DNA from: Alkanindiges illinoisensis DSM 15370
GTDB taxonomy: Bacteria > Pseudomonadota > Gammaproteobacteria > Pseudomonadales > Moraxellaceae
Length of the DNA: 32,000 nt
Reading direction: 5' to 3'
Assembly (NCBI RefSeq): GCF_000619845.1
Contig: NZ_JHUX01000003.1
Span: 1,600,064 to 1,632,063 of the forward strand
Below the pieces are notes generated by a model. It was given only the letters and a program-made list of their open reading frames with translations, was not told the origin of the DNA and searched no databases. Position numbers and translations under genes: made by a program. Below are positions 9,076-18,369 of the stretch, in pieces (the stretch's first letter is position 1; each line of letters begins with the position of its first letter).

Positions 9076-9386
9076 GGACTAAACTCTCAAATACCCTAAC
9101 TTAATATGAACAGCGTTATTTTTGCCTGTTGGCTATTATGGTGGCAGCTTAAATAAGTGCAAGTACTAGATGACAAAGAAACTGCAAAAAGCTGATTTTA
9201 TTTTGTCGCTGCCACTTTGTCTTGGGCGTGATATTACCGTTTGACAGGCGGCTTTAGCGGTTTGCTTATCTACAAAAATGATATAAAAATGCAGAAACAT
9301 TGCTTTTCAATTCAATAAGATTGGGTGCATAGTACAGCTTGCTTAAATACTCAAATGAGTACACAGACAATAAAAGGAGCATGAGC

Positions 9387-10025
9387 ATGACCATTCGTTT
9401 AGGCGATACCGCCCCTGATTTTGAACAGGATTCCAGCGAAGGTACGATTAAGTTTCATGAATGGCTGGGTGACAGCTGGGGCGTATTGTTTTCTCATCCA
9501 GCAGACTACACGCCAGTGTGCACCACCGAACTGGGTTTTACTGCAAAATTAAAAGATGAATTTGCCAAGCGCAACGTTAAAGCCATTGCCCTGTCTGTCG
9601 ACGATGCCGAGTCGCACAAGGGCTGGATCAATGACATTAATGAAACCCAGAATACCACGGTCAATTTTCCGATTATTGCCGATCAGGATCGCAAGGTATC
9701 AGAACTGTATGGCTTTATTCACCCGAATGCCAGTGACACCCTCACCGTGCGCTCGCTGGTGATTATTGATCCCAACAAAAAGGTACGTTTAATTATTACC
9801 TATCCCGCTAGTACTGGCCGTAATTTCCATGAAGTGCTGCGCGTGATTGACTCCCTGCAACTGACCGACAGTCACAAGGTTGCTACCCCCGCCAACTGGC
9901 AGGATGGCGATGATGTGGTGATTGTACCTTCCATTAAGGATGAAGAGGAAATCAAGCAGCGCTTTCCTAAAGGTTATAAGGCCGTTACCCCTTACCTGCG
10001 CCTAACCCCACAACCAAATAAATAA
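9387..10025 (+). CDS. 1-Cys peroxiredoxin (Prx6 subfamily)
   Basis: MTIRLGDTAPDF...SHPADYTPVCTTELG is typical of Prx6-type enzymes. AAGGAG at 9374-9379 sits 7 nt before the ATG at 9387, so the starts at 9339 and 9381 are less likely. Confidence 0.9.
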   Translation: MTIRLGDTAPDFEQDSSEGTIKFHEWLGDSWGVLFSHPADYTPVCTTELGFTAKLKDEFAKRNVKAIALSVDDAESHKGWINDINETQNTTVNFPIIADQDRKVSELYGFIHPNASDTLTVRSLVIIDPNKKVRLIITYPASTGRNFHEVLRVIDSLQLTDSHKVATPANWQDGDDVVIVPSIKDEEEIKQRFPKGYKAVTPYLRLTPQPNK

Positions 10026-10044
10026 TGGTTATAAAATCAGGCAA

Positions 10045-10086
10045 TAAAAAAACACGCCCTGCATTAAACAGGGCATGTTTTTTTAT
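10045..10086. terminator. bidirectional terminator between peroxiredoxin and pirin genes
   Basis: Stem 10051-10061 / 10069-10079 (one C-A mismatch on plus RNA, G-U on minus RNA) flanked by an A-run (10045-10052) and a T-run (10078-10085). Confidence 0.75.
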
Positions 10087-10108
10087 AGAACATTCATTTT
10101 AAAAATTT

Positions 10109-10975
10109 TTAGGATTGCACCAGCCTGCCATGTTTAACATCATCATAGGCTTGCAGGATTTCCTCATAACTGTTCATGACAAAAGGCCCATGCCCGTTGA
10201 TGGGTTCATTGATGGGTTCACCTGCCAAAATAAGCAGCTTACTGTTTTCACTGGCCGTGAGCATAAAGTCAGTCCCCTGACTGGACATCACCGCCATGGC
10301 ATTTTCTTCCAGCCACTCATCCGCATGGATTTGCAAACGGCCTGAGCAGACATAAACCAGTGTGGTATCGCCTTCCGGTATACTAAAATTAATAGGATGG
10401 CCTGCATTTAAGCGCACATCCAGTACACTCATCCGCGTGTGGGTTTGAGCTGCCCCTGTAACGTTATTATACTTACCAGCAATTACCCGTACGGTTCCAG
10501 CTATATCGGGCAAAGTTACGACTGGTATATCGCTACTGCGCAAGCTTTGATAACGAGCTGGGCCCATTTTGCTGGCCGCAGGCAAATTCACCCAAAGCTG
10601 GATCATTTCAAATGCGCCGCCAGTCCGGGTAAATTCCTTGCTAAATAACTCCTGATGAATAATGCCAGACGCAGCAGTCATCCATTGAACTTCGCCAGCA
10701 CGGATCAGCCCGCCTGCACCAGATGAATCCTGATGCTCCAGTTCGCCAGCATACACAATTGTTACGGTTTCAAATCCACGATGTGGATGCCGGTGTACAC
10801 CCTGCTGTTTGTTGGAAGGCCGCAACTTACCGGGGCCGATATGATCCAGCAACAAAAAGGGCGAAATGGTGTTGCCCAGTTCCAGATGAGAAAAAACCGA
10901 CAGCACTGGCGAAAAATCACCAACCGCAAAGCGGGTGTCGTTGCGGTGGATAAACGCAAGGGTTTTGCTGCTCAT
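10109..10975 (-). CDS. pirin family protein
   Basis: 288 aa. The cupin metal site HPHRGFETVTIVYAGELEHQDS and a bicupin length are typical of pirins (YhhW-like). Confidence 0.9.
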   Translation of the reverse strand: MSSKTLAFIHRNDTRFAVGDFSPVLSVFSHLELGNTISPFLLLDHIGPGKLRPSNKQQGVHRHPHRGFETVTIVYAGELEHQDSSGAGGLIRAGEVQWMTAASGIIHQELFSKEFTRTGGAFEMIQLWVNLPAASKMGPARYQSLRSSDIPVVTLPDIAGTVRVIAGKYNNVTGAAQTHTRMSVLDVRLNAGHPINFSIPEGDTTLVYVCSGRLQIHADEWLEENAMAVMSSQGTDFMLTASENSKLLILAGEPINEPINGHGPFVMNSYEEILQAYDDVKHGRLVQS

Positions 10976-11048
10976 GCTAGTACTCCAGTTTAGGGATGAC
11001 CCGGATTCAAGCCACAGTACTGACGTGGCAATGCCAGATTAAAAAGCA

Positions 11049-11447
11049 TTAGGGCTTATTGGCTGGATAGCAGGGCGTTTGTTCATCCAGCACAAACCAT
11101 GCTGATCTAGAATCACAATAAATCTGGTATTGCGGCGCTGGAATATGACCTTCGGTAATTGTACCCAGCCGCAACCGGATTGTTTCCGGGTGATCCATTC
11201 GCTGGCTAAATAGCGTGCTACCACACTGGCTGCAAAATACCCGGCGTTTATTTGGCGATGCAAAATAGGATTTCAACAGTGCCTGCCCCTGCACAATCTG
11301 AAAAGCAGTAGTTGAAACAGGTGCATTGGTCACAAATGGCGTGCCCTGTGCCTGCTTGCACTGATAACAATGACATATTGCCACTTCATTAATTTCACCG
11401 TGATATTCGTACTGAATACCCTGACACAAGCAATGGCCTTTAATCAT
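11049..11447 (-). CDS. GFA family protein (glutathione-dependent formaldehyde-activating enzyme / CENP-V fold)
   Basis: 132 aa with the Cys pattern GHCLCQ...CHCYQCKQ...FCSQCGS characteristic of PF04828. Confidence 0.8.
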   Translation of the reverse strand: MIKGHCLCQGIQYEYHGEINEVAICHCYQCKQAQGTPFVTNAPVSTTAFQIVQGQALLKSYFASPNKRRVFCSQCGSTLFSQRMDHPETIRLRLGTITEGHIPAPQYQIYCDSRSAWFVLDEQTPCYPANKP

Positions 11448-11522
11448 TGAAATTATCCTCTGTTATTTTTACACAAGGTTAGTCCTGCAAACTAAACCTC
11501 TGATGTTAGTTATTATATTTTA

Positions 11523-11540
11523 GGGCTAGCCAACTAGCCC
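11523..11540. other. GC-rich hairpin just past the SPOR-protein stop
   Basis: GGGCTAG CCAA CTAGCCC, a 7-bp perfect stem. The T-run is on the plus strand only, so a terminator role for the minus-strand operon is uncertain. Confidence 0.35.
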
Positions 11541-11545
11541 GGGGT

Positions 11546-12892
11546 TTAATTTTTGGAACTGGCGCTGGTTTCAGGCGGCTGCCAGTCAATGACCCAGGCA
11601 CTCTTGGCATTTAAGCTATCATCTTTTGCAACCTGATTACGCAGGGCATCAGCAGCAGCCCGGCCCTTTTCAGGCCCAACCATGACACGCACCCCTTTGG
11701 AAGTCTGGCTGGTTTTTACTTTGTAGCCTTTAGCCCGTAATCTGGCAACTACAGAATCGGCATTGGCCTGACTGGAAGCAATCGCCACCTGTACCATCCA
11801 CGGTTTGGTATCCCCTTCCAGAATGGCCCGACCACGCTCTTCTTCCAGCTTCTTGCTGGCTGCCTGTAAGTCTTTTTCATCCCCACTGGCGTTTTTACGC
11901 TGGGCAGTTTCAGCCTCCTGCTTTTTGCGGGCCTCATCCTTTTTCACTTGCTCTTTTTTAATACCTTCCTTTTTGGCTTCATCTTTTTTTAGCTCATCTG
12001 CCTTACGCTTGGCTACCAGCTCGGCTTCTTTCTTGCGTTTGGCTTCATCTTCTGCTTTGCGCTTGGCCTGTTGCTCTTCTTCCTTTTTAGTTTTGGCGTC
12101 GTCTTCAGCCTTACGCTTGGCTGCCAAGGCATCCTCTTTTTTACGCTTGGCCTCTTCTTCCGCTTTGCGTTTGGCTGCTAGTTCGGCTTCTTTTTTCTTG
12201 GCTTCAGCTTCTTTCTTTTTGGCTTCTGCCTCAGCTTTACGGTCAGCAATGGCTTGCAGGCGATCTTTCTCCAGCTTTTCCGCCTGTGCCTTTTGCAGGG
12301 CTTCTTTTTCGCTACGGGCTTTTTCGGCCCTGTCCCGTGCAGCCTGAGCAGCTTGTTCGGCCTGTAAACTGGCTTTTTGTGCTGCATCGGCGCGCACATT
12401 GGCCTGTGCAGCCAGACGTTCTATCTCAGCACGCTGTTCAGCAGTTTTCTGCTGGGTGTCGTCATCCACCAGTTCAGGCGGAATGGAATCAGAACTTTCC
12501 ATCTGGGCATCCAGTTTGGCTTGGCGCTTGGCTAACTGGCTGGCATATTCCTCAGCAGCCCGGCGTGCGGCTTCTGCTTCTGCTTTTTGTTGCAAGGCCA
12601 GATATTCGGCAGTTTTGGCTTCCTGTTCAGCCACCGCTTTTTCACGCTGGGCACGCTGTTTTTCCAGCAGGCGACGCTCGGTTTCCACATCAATGGACAG
12701 GGGCTGTAGTTCAGCATCACCCCAGTTCTGGGAAGGTTGTGCCTGTTGCTGGCTAATTGTTTGGGCCGGCTGGCTCGTGGTATTACTGAGTGCCTGCTCG
12801 CCTTGTCCCTTTAATAACAAAACCGCCAGAAGTGCCCCACCACCCAGCAATACAACGCCACCCATCCAACGCTGTTTATTGTTCATTGCCAT
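11546..12892 (-). CDS. SPOR domain protein in the DedD position, with long Glu/Lys/Ala-rich repeat region
   Basis: N-terminal TM helix (WMGGVVLLGGGALLAVLLL), ~300 aa of charged low-complexity/coiled-coil-like sequence, and a C-terminal SPOR-like domain (PWMVQVAIASSQANADSVVARLRAKGYKV...GVRVMVGP). The start is ATG 12892 or ATG 12886, the latter forming ATGA with the folC stop. The ORF-track start at 12940 lies inside folC. Confidence 0.8.
   Translation of the reverse strand: MAMNNKQRWMGGVVLLGGGALLAVLLLKGQGEQALSNTTSQPAQTISQQQAQPSQNWGDAELQPLSIDVETERRLLEKQRAQREKAVAEQEAKTAEYLALQQKAEAEAARRAAEEYASQLAKRQAKLDAQMESSDSIPPELVDDDTQQKTAEQRAEIERLAAQANVRADAAQKASLQAEQAAQAARDRAEKARSEKEALQKAQAEKLEKDRLQAIADRKAEAEAKKKEAEAKKKEAELAAKRKAEEEAKRKKEDALAAKRKAEDDAKTKKEEEQQAKRKAEDEAKRKKEAELVAKRKADELKKDEAKKEGIKKEQVKKDEARKKQEAETAQRKNASGDEKDLQAASKKLEEERGRAILEGDTKPWMVQVAIASSQANADSVVARLRAKGYKVKTSQTSKGVRVMVGPEKGRAAADALRNQVAKDDSLNAKSAWVIDWQPPETSASSKN
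11940..12330 (-). repeat. imperfect in-frame tandem repeats encoding AKRKAE(E/D)xAK(R/T)KKE-type units
   Basis: The 15-mer GCCTTACGCTTGGCT occurs at 12000-12014 and 12108-12122 (108 bp = 36 codons apart), with many CTTTGCG(C/T)TTGGC variants. Peptide repeats include AEAKKKEAEAKKKEAELAAKRKAEEEAKRKKEDALAAKRKAEDDAKTKKE... Confidence 0.75.
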
Positions 12893-14316
12893 GTTGCTAA
12901 GGACTCCCAGACTGCCTCTAGGGTGTGGAACGATCCACACACCATAATAATATCTTGTGGTTGACTATGATTTAAGGCAGCGCTAAATGCTGCCGTGATT
13001 GTTTCATGTTCGCTAACGGGTTGTGCCTGATCTGGCTGGCTTTCAGGGCTTTGCTGAACAGCTTCCAAACCTGTAATGGCATGGCGCAACTGTGTCAGGC
13101 TGGCAGCACGCTCATTGTCCAGTGCCGCAATATACCAGTGCGCTACAACTGGCCTTAGCAGGCTGGCAACCCCTGCCATATCTTTATCAGCAAGCATGGA
13201 AAAAACCAAGTGAATCTTTGGGTTTTTGCCCCTTAGGTTTTCGCTATTTGGGCTTTTATCTGCATTCACGCCTTTAGCTGATAGCTGCTGCTGTTGATAA
13301 GCCTGTAGCTGATTGAGCAGGAACTGTACCCCATGCACGTTATGGGCAACATCGAGTATCAGGGTGCGGCCTTTAAACTGACGCACTTCAAAGCGCCCGG
13401 CAATATAAGCGGTGTCGACGCCTTGCACAATAGCCGCATTGCTAACTTTTGGCGTGCCCAGTAGTACGGCACTAATGGCAGCGGCTACATTTACAGGAGC
13501 CAGCTTGGGTACAGGCAAGGCCAGCGTACAGGATGGGCTGGCATAGTAAAACGTGTCATCAGTTTTTTGCCAGTGACCCGTGCCTTGCCAACTATAGTCA
13601 CGGCCTGCCACATATAACCGACAATTTAACTGCTGTGCCCGCTCAATAATGGCTTGTGGCACTGGATTTGATTCTGGGGCTTGTGTTGCAGGCTCGGCAT
13701 ATACCACTGGAATGGCAGGACGCATGATTCCAGCTTTTTCAAAAGCAATTTTTTCAATGCTGTTGCCCAGCCATTCGACATGATCAAGGCCAATATTGGT
13801 AATCACGGCCACATTGGGATCAATCAGATTGACCGCATCCAGACGGCCACCCAGCCCTACTTCCAGCACCCAGATATCACAGGCCTGCTGCTGAAAAATC
13901 CAGAAGGCAGCCAGTGTGGTGGCTTCAAAAAATGATAATGGCAGCTGACAGGCAAGCCGCGCCTGCTCAACGGCAACAAATGCAGCAATTAAAGTGGCAT
14001 CATCGACCTCGACGCCATTTTTCTTGATGCGCTCATTAAAACGGTAAATATGCGGCGACTGATACAATCCTACTTGATAGCCCGCTGCCTGATAAATGGC
14101 TGCAATGGTAGTGGTGGTTGAACCTTTACCATTGGTACCGGCCACTGTAATTACATGCGCTGAGGGCTTAAGCAGTTGCAGGTACTCAGCCACCGGGCGA
14201 ATGCGCTCCAGCCCCAGATCAATGGCCGTGACATGAATACTGCTCCAGTAATTCAGCCACTGCTGTAATGAGGAGGTAATGGTTGGCGCTATTGTTGCGG
14301 TATTTTCAGGATTCAT
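12883..14316 (-). CDS. folC: bifunctional folylpolyglutamate synthase / dihydrofolate synthase FolC
   Basis: P-loop VAGTNGKGST, Mur-ligase-like architecture, follows accD. I prefer the ATG at 14316, with GTG at 14322 as an alternative. Confidence 0.92.
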   Translation of the reverse strand: MNPENTATIAPTITSSLQQWLNYWSSIHVTAIDLGLERIRPVAEYLQLLKPSAHVITVAGTNGKGSTTTTIAAIYQAAGYQVGLYQSPHIYRFNERIKKNGVEVDDATLIAAFVAVEQARLACQLPLSFFEATTLAAFWIFQQQACDIWVLEVGLGGRLDAVNLIDPNVAVITNIGLDHVEWLGNSIEKIAFEKAGIMRPAIPVVYAEPATQAPESNPVPQAIIERAQQLNCRLYVAGRDYSWQGTGHWQKTDDTFYYASPSCTLALPVPKLAPVNVAAAISAVLLGTPKVSNAAIVQGVDTAYIAGRFEVRQFKGRTLILDVAHNVHGVQFLLNQLQAYQQQQLSAKGVNADKSPNSENLRGKNPKIHLVFSMLADKDMAGVASLLRPVVAHWYIAALDNERAASLTQLRHAITGLEAVQQSPESQPDQAQPVSEHETITAAFSAALNHSQPQDIIMVCGSFHTLEAVWESLATWQ

Positions 14317-14326
14317 GCACACATAC

Positions 14327-15226
14327 TTAAGGCAGGTTCATCAGCTTGGCAACCAGACGCTGAACGGTATCCTTAAGCGCATGACGATGCACAATCTGGT
14401 CAATCACGCCATGATCCAGCAGGAATTCTGCACGCTGGAAGGGCTCGTCCAGCACTTCACGCACGGTTTGCTCAATGACGCGCTTGCCCGCAAAACCAAC
14501 CATGGCCTTGGGTTCAGCCAAATGAATATCACCCAGCATGGCTAAGGATGCGGTTACCCCGCCATACACCGGGTGAGTGAGCACTACAATATACGGTAGC
14601 CGGGCCTGCTTTAGGCGCTCGGTTGCGGCGGCAGTACGTGCCATTTGCATCAGGGAAATCATGCCTTCCTGCATGCGGGCGCCACCGGAAGCAGCAAAAC
14701 AGATCAGCGGCTGTTGCAGGTTAATGGCGGTTTCGGCAGCCAGCACAAAACGGTCACCCACCACTGAACCCATTGAGCCGCCCATAAAATCAAACTCAAA
14801 GGCACAAGCCACCATGGGAATGGCACCCACTAAACCCTGCATCACAAGAAGTGCTTCAGTTTCATTGGTTTGTTTTTGTGCCTTGGCCAGTCGCTCAGGA
14901 TAAGGCTGGCTGTCCACAAAACCCAGCGGATCTTTGGGCGTAAACTCCTGCCCCAGTTCGCACTCCACCTGGTCAAAAAACCAGTTCAGGCGGTCACGGG
15001 CTTTCATGCGCAAATGTTCATCGCACTGCGGGCACACATAGGCATTAAATGCCATCGCTGTACGGGTCACCACCGAATGACATTCGGGACATTCAATCGT
15101 GGGTTCAGTGTGTAGCGACATCGGGCCTTGCGGATAATCACGCGGTGCCACACCCGGCACTGGGCGCTCAATCCAGGGGGTTACATCACTTTTTTCCAGT
15201 ACAGGCGATTTGATTTTTGGGGTCAT
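14327..15226 (-). CDS. accD: acetyl-CoA carboxylase carboxyltransferase beta subunit AccD
   Basis: 299 aa with the N-terminal zinc ribbon CPECHSVV...CPQCDEH and the carboxyltransferase core (GGSMGSVVG, GGARMQEG). Confidence 0.95.
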   Translation of the reverse strand: MTPKIKSPVLEKSDVTPWIERPVPGVAPRDYPQGPMSLHTEPTIECPECHSVVTRTAMAFNAYVCPQCDEHLRMKARDRLNWFFDQVECELGQEFTPKDPLGFVDSQPYPERLAKAQKQTNETEALLVMQGLVGAIPMVACAFEFDFMGGSMGSVVGDRFVLAAETAINLQQPLICFAASGGARMQEGMISLMQMARTAAATERLKQARLPYIVVLTHPVYGGVTASLAMLGDIHLAEPKAMVGFAGKRVIEQTVREVLDEPFQRAEFLLDHGVIDQIVHRHALKDTVQRLVAKLMNLP

Positions 15227-16026
15227 ACAATTTCATCGAGCGCAGCCCGAAGCTCCTTGATTTTCTCAACCGCCATCTGGTGGGCGATTTCAGGAGAATG
15301 TTCAGCAAAAGGTTGTACCAGCACAGTCCCGACAATCACGCCATCAGCAACCTGTCCCATTTGCTTGGCAGTGGCTGCATCACGAATGCCAAAGCCCACA
15401 CCAACCGGCAGGCTGGTTTGTGCCTTGACCTTGGCAATACGTGCAGCTGCTTCGGTGGTATCCAGTGCAGCTGAACCAGTTACGCCTTTGAGCGACACAT
15501 AATAAATAAAGCCGCGTGCCTGATTGAGCACATGCTGAATACGGGTGTCAGTTGAGGTTGGCGCCAGCAGGAAAATCGGGTCAAGATCATACTGTTTTAA
15601 AATGACATCCAGCTCACCGGCTTCTTCGGGCGGCAAGTCTACCAGCAGCAGGCCATCAACTCCGGCACTACTGGCACGTTTGGCAAAATTTTCATAGCCA
15701 ATGATTTCCAGCGGGTTTAAATAACCCATCAGCACAATGGGAGTTTCAGTATTGGTCTGGCGGAATTCAGCCACCATGTCCAGCACTTTTAGGGTATTGG
15801 TGCCACCAGCCAGTGCGCGTTCTGCGGCCAGTGCAATCGCTGGGCCATCAGCCATGGGATCAGAAAACGGCAGGCCCACTTCCAGTACGTCTGCCCCTGC
15901 TGCCACCAGATCATGCAATAGCGGTACAGTTACGTGCGGGGCTGGATCACCGGCCATAACGTAAGATACCAGTGCTTTTCGACCTGTGGTTTTTAAAGAA
16001 GCAAAGCGCGCAGCAAGACGTGACAT
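15223..16026 (-). CDS. trpA: tryptophan synthase alpha chain TrpA
   Basis: 267 aa with LVSYVMAGDP...EVGLPFSDPMADGP...YVSLKGVTG. The stop overlaps the accD start as ATGA (15223-15226). Confidence 0.95.
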   Translation of the reverse strand: MSRLAARFASLKTTGRKALVSYVMAGDPAPHVTVPLLHDLVAAGADVLEVGLPFSDPMADGPAIALAAERALAGGTNTLKVLDMVAEFRQTNTETPIVLMGYLNPLEIIGYENFAKRASSAGVDGLLLVDLPPEEAGELDVILKQYDLDPIFLLAPTSTDTRIQHVLNQARGFIYYVSLKGVTGSAALDTTEAAARIAKVKAQTSLPVGVGFGIRDAATAKQMGQVADGVIVGTVLVQPFAEHSPEIAHQMAVEKIKELRAALDEIV

Positions 16027-16249
16027 AACTGATTTTTCTGTGTTCCCATAAAGGGTATGATTCTAGCCTGAAATGACGCCATTCAACAATCTGCCCGTGC
16101 ATTTATCAGCGGGTTTATATGCCTGTCTTGACAGCCACAAGCCATTTAACAATTTTCTATAAGCTTTCAGGCAGAATGACTTTGGTGTTTTAAGTCAAAT
16201 TGCTTAACATTATCAAAATTCTTACCCTCTCCAGATTTTTCTTGCCTGT

Positions 16250-17602
16250 ATGACTGCTCCCCTGCCCCGCTTTACAGCACTATTGCCGATTTTGCTATTT
16301 CTAGCCCTGTTTTTAGGCAGTGGTATTTATCACACCCTGCAAGGGACTGAGTTTGCTTTTTACCAGCTTAAAGCGCCGGTTGCGGCCCTGCCTGCCATTG
16401 TGCTGGCCATTATGCTGAACAAACAACCCATTAATGACTCTATTGAGCGCTTTCTGGTAGGAGCGGCTCACCCCAACATTATTTTGATGTGCATGGTATT
16501 TATGCTGGCCGGGGCATTTGCCAGTGTAAGCAAAAGCATTGGTAGCGTAGATGCCACCGTACAGTTTGGTTTGCAGTTTATTCCAGCCAGTCTGGTATTA
16601 CCGGCGCTGTTTGTGATTGCCGCATTTATTGCCACGGCCATGGGCACGTCGATGGGTACCATTGCCGCCTGTGCGCCGATTGCAGTAGGTTTTGCCAGTG
16701 CCACCGGGATTGCTGCCCCGTTAGCTCTGGGCGCAATCATTAGTGGTGCCATGTTTGGTGACAACTTATCCATGATTTCCGATACCACTATTGCCGCAAC
16801 CCGGAGTCAGGGTGTAAGCCTGCGTGACAAGTTCCGGGTTAATGCCTGGATTGCGCTGCCAGCCGCTGTAATTACCTTTCTGGTGTTTATGCTGCTTAGC
16901 AATGGCCAGCACCACATTAGTAGTGAGCCATTGTCGCCCCTATTGATTATTCCTTATGTGGTGGTATTTGCGCTGGCATTTACTGGCATGCATGTACTGG
17001 CTATTTTAATGATTGGCATTATGCTGGCAGGCACGCTGGGCATCTGGCTTAGCCCGAACTATAGCCTGACCAGCCTGAACACGGCCATTTATGCCGGATT
17101 TGTTGAACTGTTTGAAATCATGCTGCTATCACTTTTTATTAGCGGCTTATCCCTGCTCATGCATGATCAGGGCGGCATGCGCTGGTTAGTCAATGCCATT
17201 CTTGCCCTCACGCGCAGCTTAAGAATGACAGGCAAGCGCGCCGGTGAATTTGGTATTGCTTTATTGATTACTATAGCAAACCTGTTTGTTGCCAATAATG
17301 TGGTGGCAATTGTGGTTGCTGCCGATGTCGCCAAGGATATTGCCATTGAACAGGCCATGGATTTACGGCGTTCAGCCAGTTATCTGGACATTTTTTCCTG
17401 TGTGGTACAGGGCCTGATTCCGTATGGCGCGCAAATCCTGCTGGCCAGTGCCATTGGTAAAATCTCTCCGCTGGCACTCACTGGAACGACTTACTATTGC
17501 TGGATTTTAGGAATTGTTGCCGTGCTGAGTATTATTTTTCAGTATCCCCGTTTAAAACCGCCTGCCTCAACCTCCGCACAACCGAATGCAATGGCGCATT
17601 AA
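16250..17602 (+). CDS. NhaC-family Na+/H+ antiporter-like membrane transporter
   Basis: 450-aa polytopic membrane protein. Its sequence resembles NhaC-type (PF03553) transporters from memory. No obvious SD. Confidence 0.7.
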   Translation: MTAPLPRFTALLPILLFLALFLGSGIYHTLQGTEFAFYQLKAPVAALPAIVLAIMLNKQPINDSIERFLVGAAHPNIILMCMVFMLAGAFASVSKSIGSVDATVQFGLQFIPASLVLPALFVIAAFIATAMGTSMGTIAACAPIAVGFASATGIAAPLALGAIISGAMFGDNLSMISDTTIAATRSQGVSLRDKFRVNAWIALPAAVITFLVFMLLSNGQHHISSEPLSPLLIIPYVVVFALAFTGMHVLAILMIGIMLAGTLGIWLSPNYSLTSLNTAIYAGFVELFEIMLLSLFISGLSLLMHDQGGMRWLVNAILALTRSLRMTGKRAGEFGIALLITIANLFVANNVVAIVVAADVAKDIAIEQAMDLRRSASYLDIFSCVVQGLIPYGAQILLASAIGKISPLALTGTTYYCWILGIVAVLSIIFQYPRLKPPASTSAQPNAMAH

Positions 17603-17700
17603 ATTTTGTCCAATCCATCGTTTAGACCGTGGGTTTAATTTTGGGGCTGAAAATGACACAATACCGCGCCTAATTTTTGCAATATGTGGTGTACGTACAG

Positions 17701-18369
17701 ATGAGCGAGCAACTGTGGACAGCCGTGGATGATTATCTGGAAGCGCATTTTATGCCTGCTGATCCAGCGCTTGAGCATGTGCTGCAAACCACACTGGATG
17801 CTGGCCTGCCGCCTCACCTTGCCGTATCCAGTTTGCAAGGCAAGTTCCTGCAAATGCTGGCACAAATTCATGGCGCCAAAAAAATTCTGGAAATTGGCAC
17901 ACTGGCTGGCTATAGCACCATCTGGCTGGCGCGGGCCTTGCCGCAAGATGGCCGCTTGATCAGTCTTGAAGCAGTGCCCACCAATGTGACACTGGCGCGC
18001 AAGAATATTGAATTTGCCGGACTTTCGCATCTGGTAGAGATTCATGCAGGCAAGGCACTGGATATTTTTCCGGAGATTGAGCAATCCGGCATTGCGCCAT
18101 TTGACTTTATTTTTATTGATGCCGACAAGTCCGGCTACAAGGATTATGTGGACTGGGCACTTAAGCTGTCACGTCCGGGCACTGTGATTATTCTGGACAA
18201 TGTGATCCGTGGTGGTGGCATTGTGAACTTTGACAACAACACCCGTACCATGACCGGCCTGCGTGAATATTTTGAACACCTCGCCCAGCAGAAAAAACTC
18301 ACCAGCACCACCCTGCAAACCGTTGGCTGCAAGGGCCATGATGGGTTTACACTGGCGGTAGTGCTTTAA
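17701..18369 (+). CDS. class I SAM-dependent O-methyltransferase (caffeoyl-CoA OMT / YrrM-like, PF01596)
   Basis: ILEIGTLAGYSTIWLA (SAM motif I), FDFIFIDADKSGY, and a cation-dependent OMT layout. The ATG at 17701 (MSEQLW...) is preferred to the TTG at 17677. Confidence 0.8.
   Translation: MSEQLWTAVDDYLEAHFMPADPALEHVLQTTLDAGLPPHLAVSSLQGKFLQMLAQIHGAKKILEIGTLAGYSTIWLARALPQDGRLISLEAVPTNVTLARKNIEFAGLSHLVEIHAGKALDIFPEIEQSGIAPFDFIFIDADKSGYKDYVDWALKLSRPGTVIILDNVIRGGGIVNFDNNTRTMTGLREYFEHLAQQKKLTSTTLQTVGCKGHDGFTLAVVL

Noticed and set aside
9241-9290. Promoter for the 1-Cys peroxiredoxin gene (TTGACA at 9241; TATAAA at 9283)
   Set aside because: No -35/-10 pair has acceptable spacing: TTGACA pairs only with a poor GCTTAT, and TATAAA has only a weak -35. 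It is left unannotated.
11805-12947. Two long plus-strand ORFs (180 and 182 aa), Ser/Ala/Phe/Leu-rich
   Set aside because: They are antisense to the Glu/Lys/Ala repeat region of the SPOR gene. Repetitive GCx/AAR/GAR codons leave the opposite strand free of stops. The products are low-complexity and have no start context.
17635-18084. 149-aa minus-strand ORF
   Set aside because: It is antisense to the O-methyltransferase gene, which has clear SAM-binding motifs. The product is Cys/Gln/His-rich and not protein-like.
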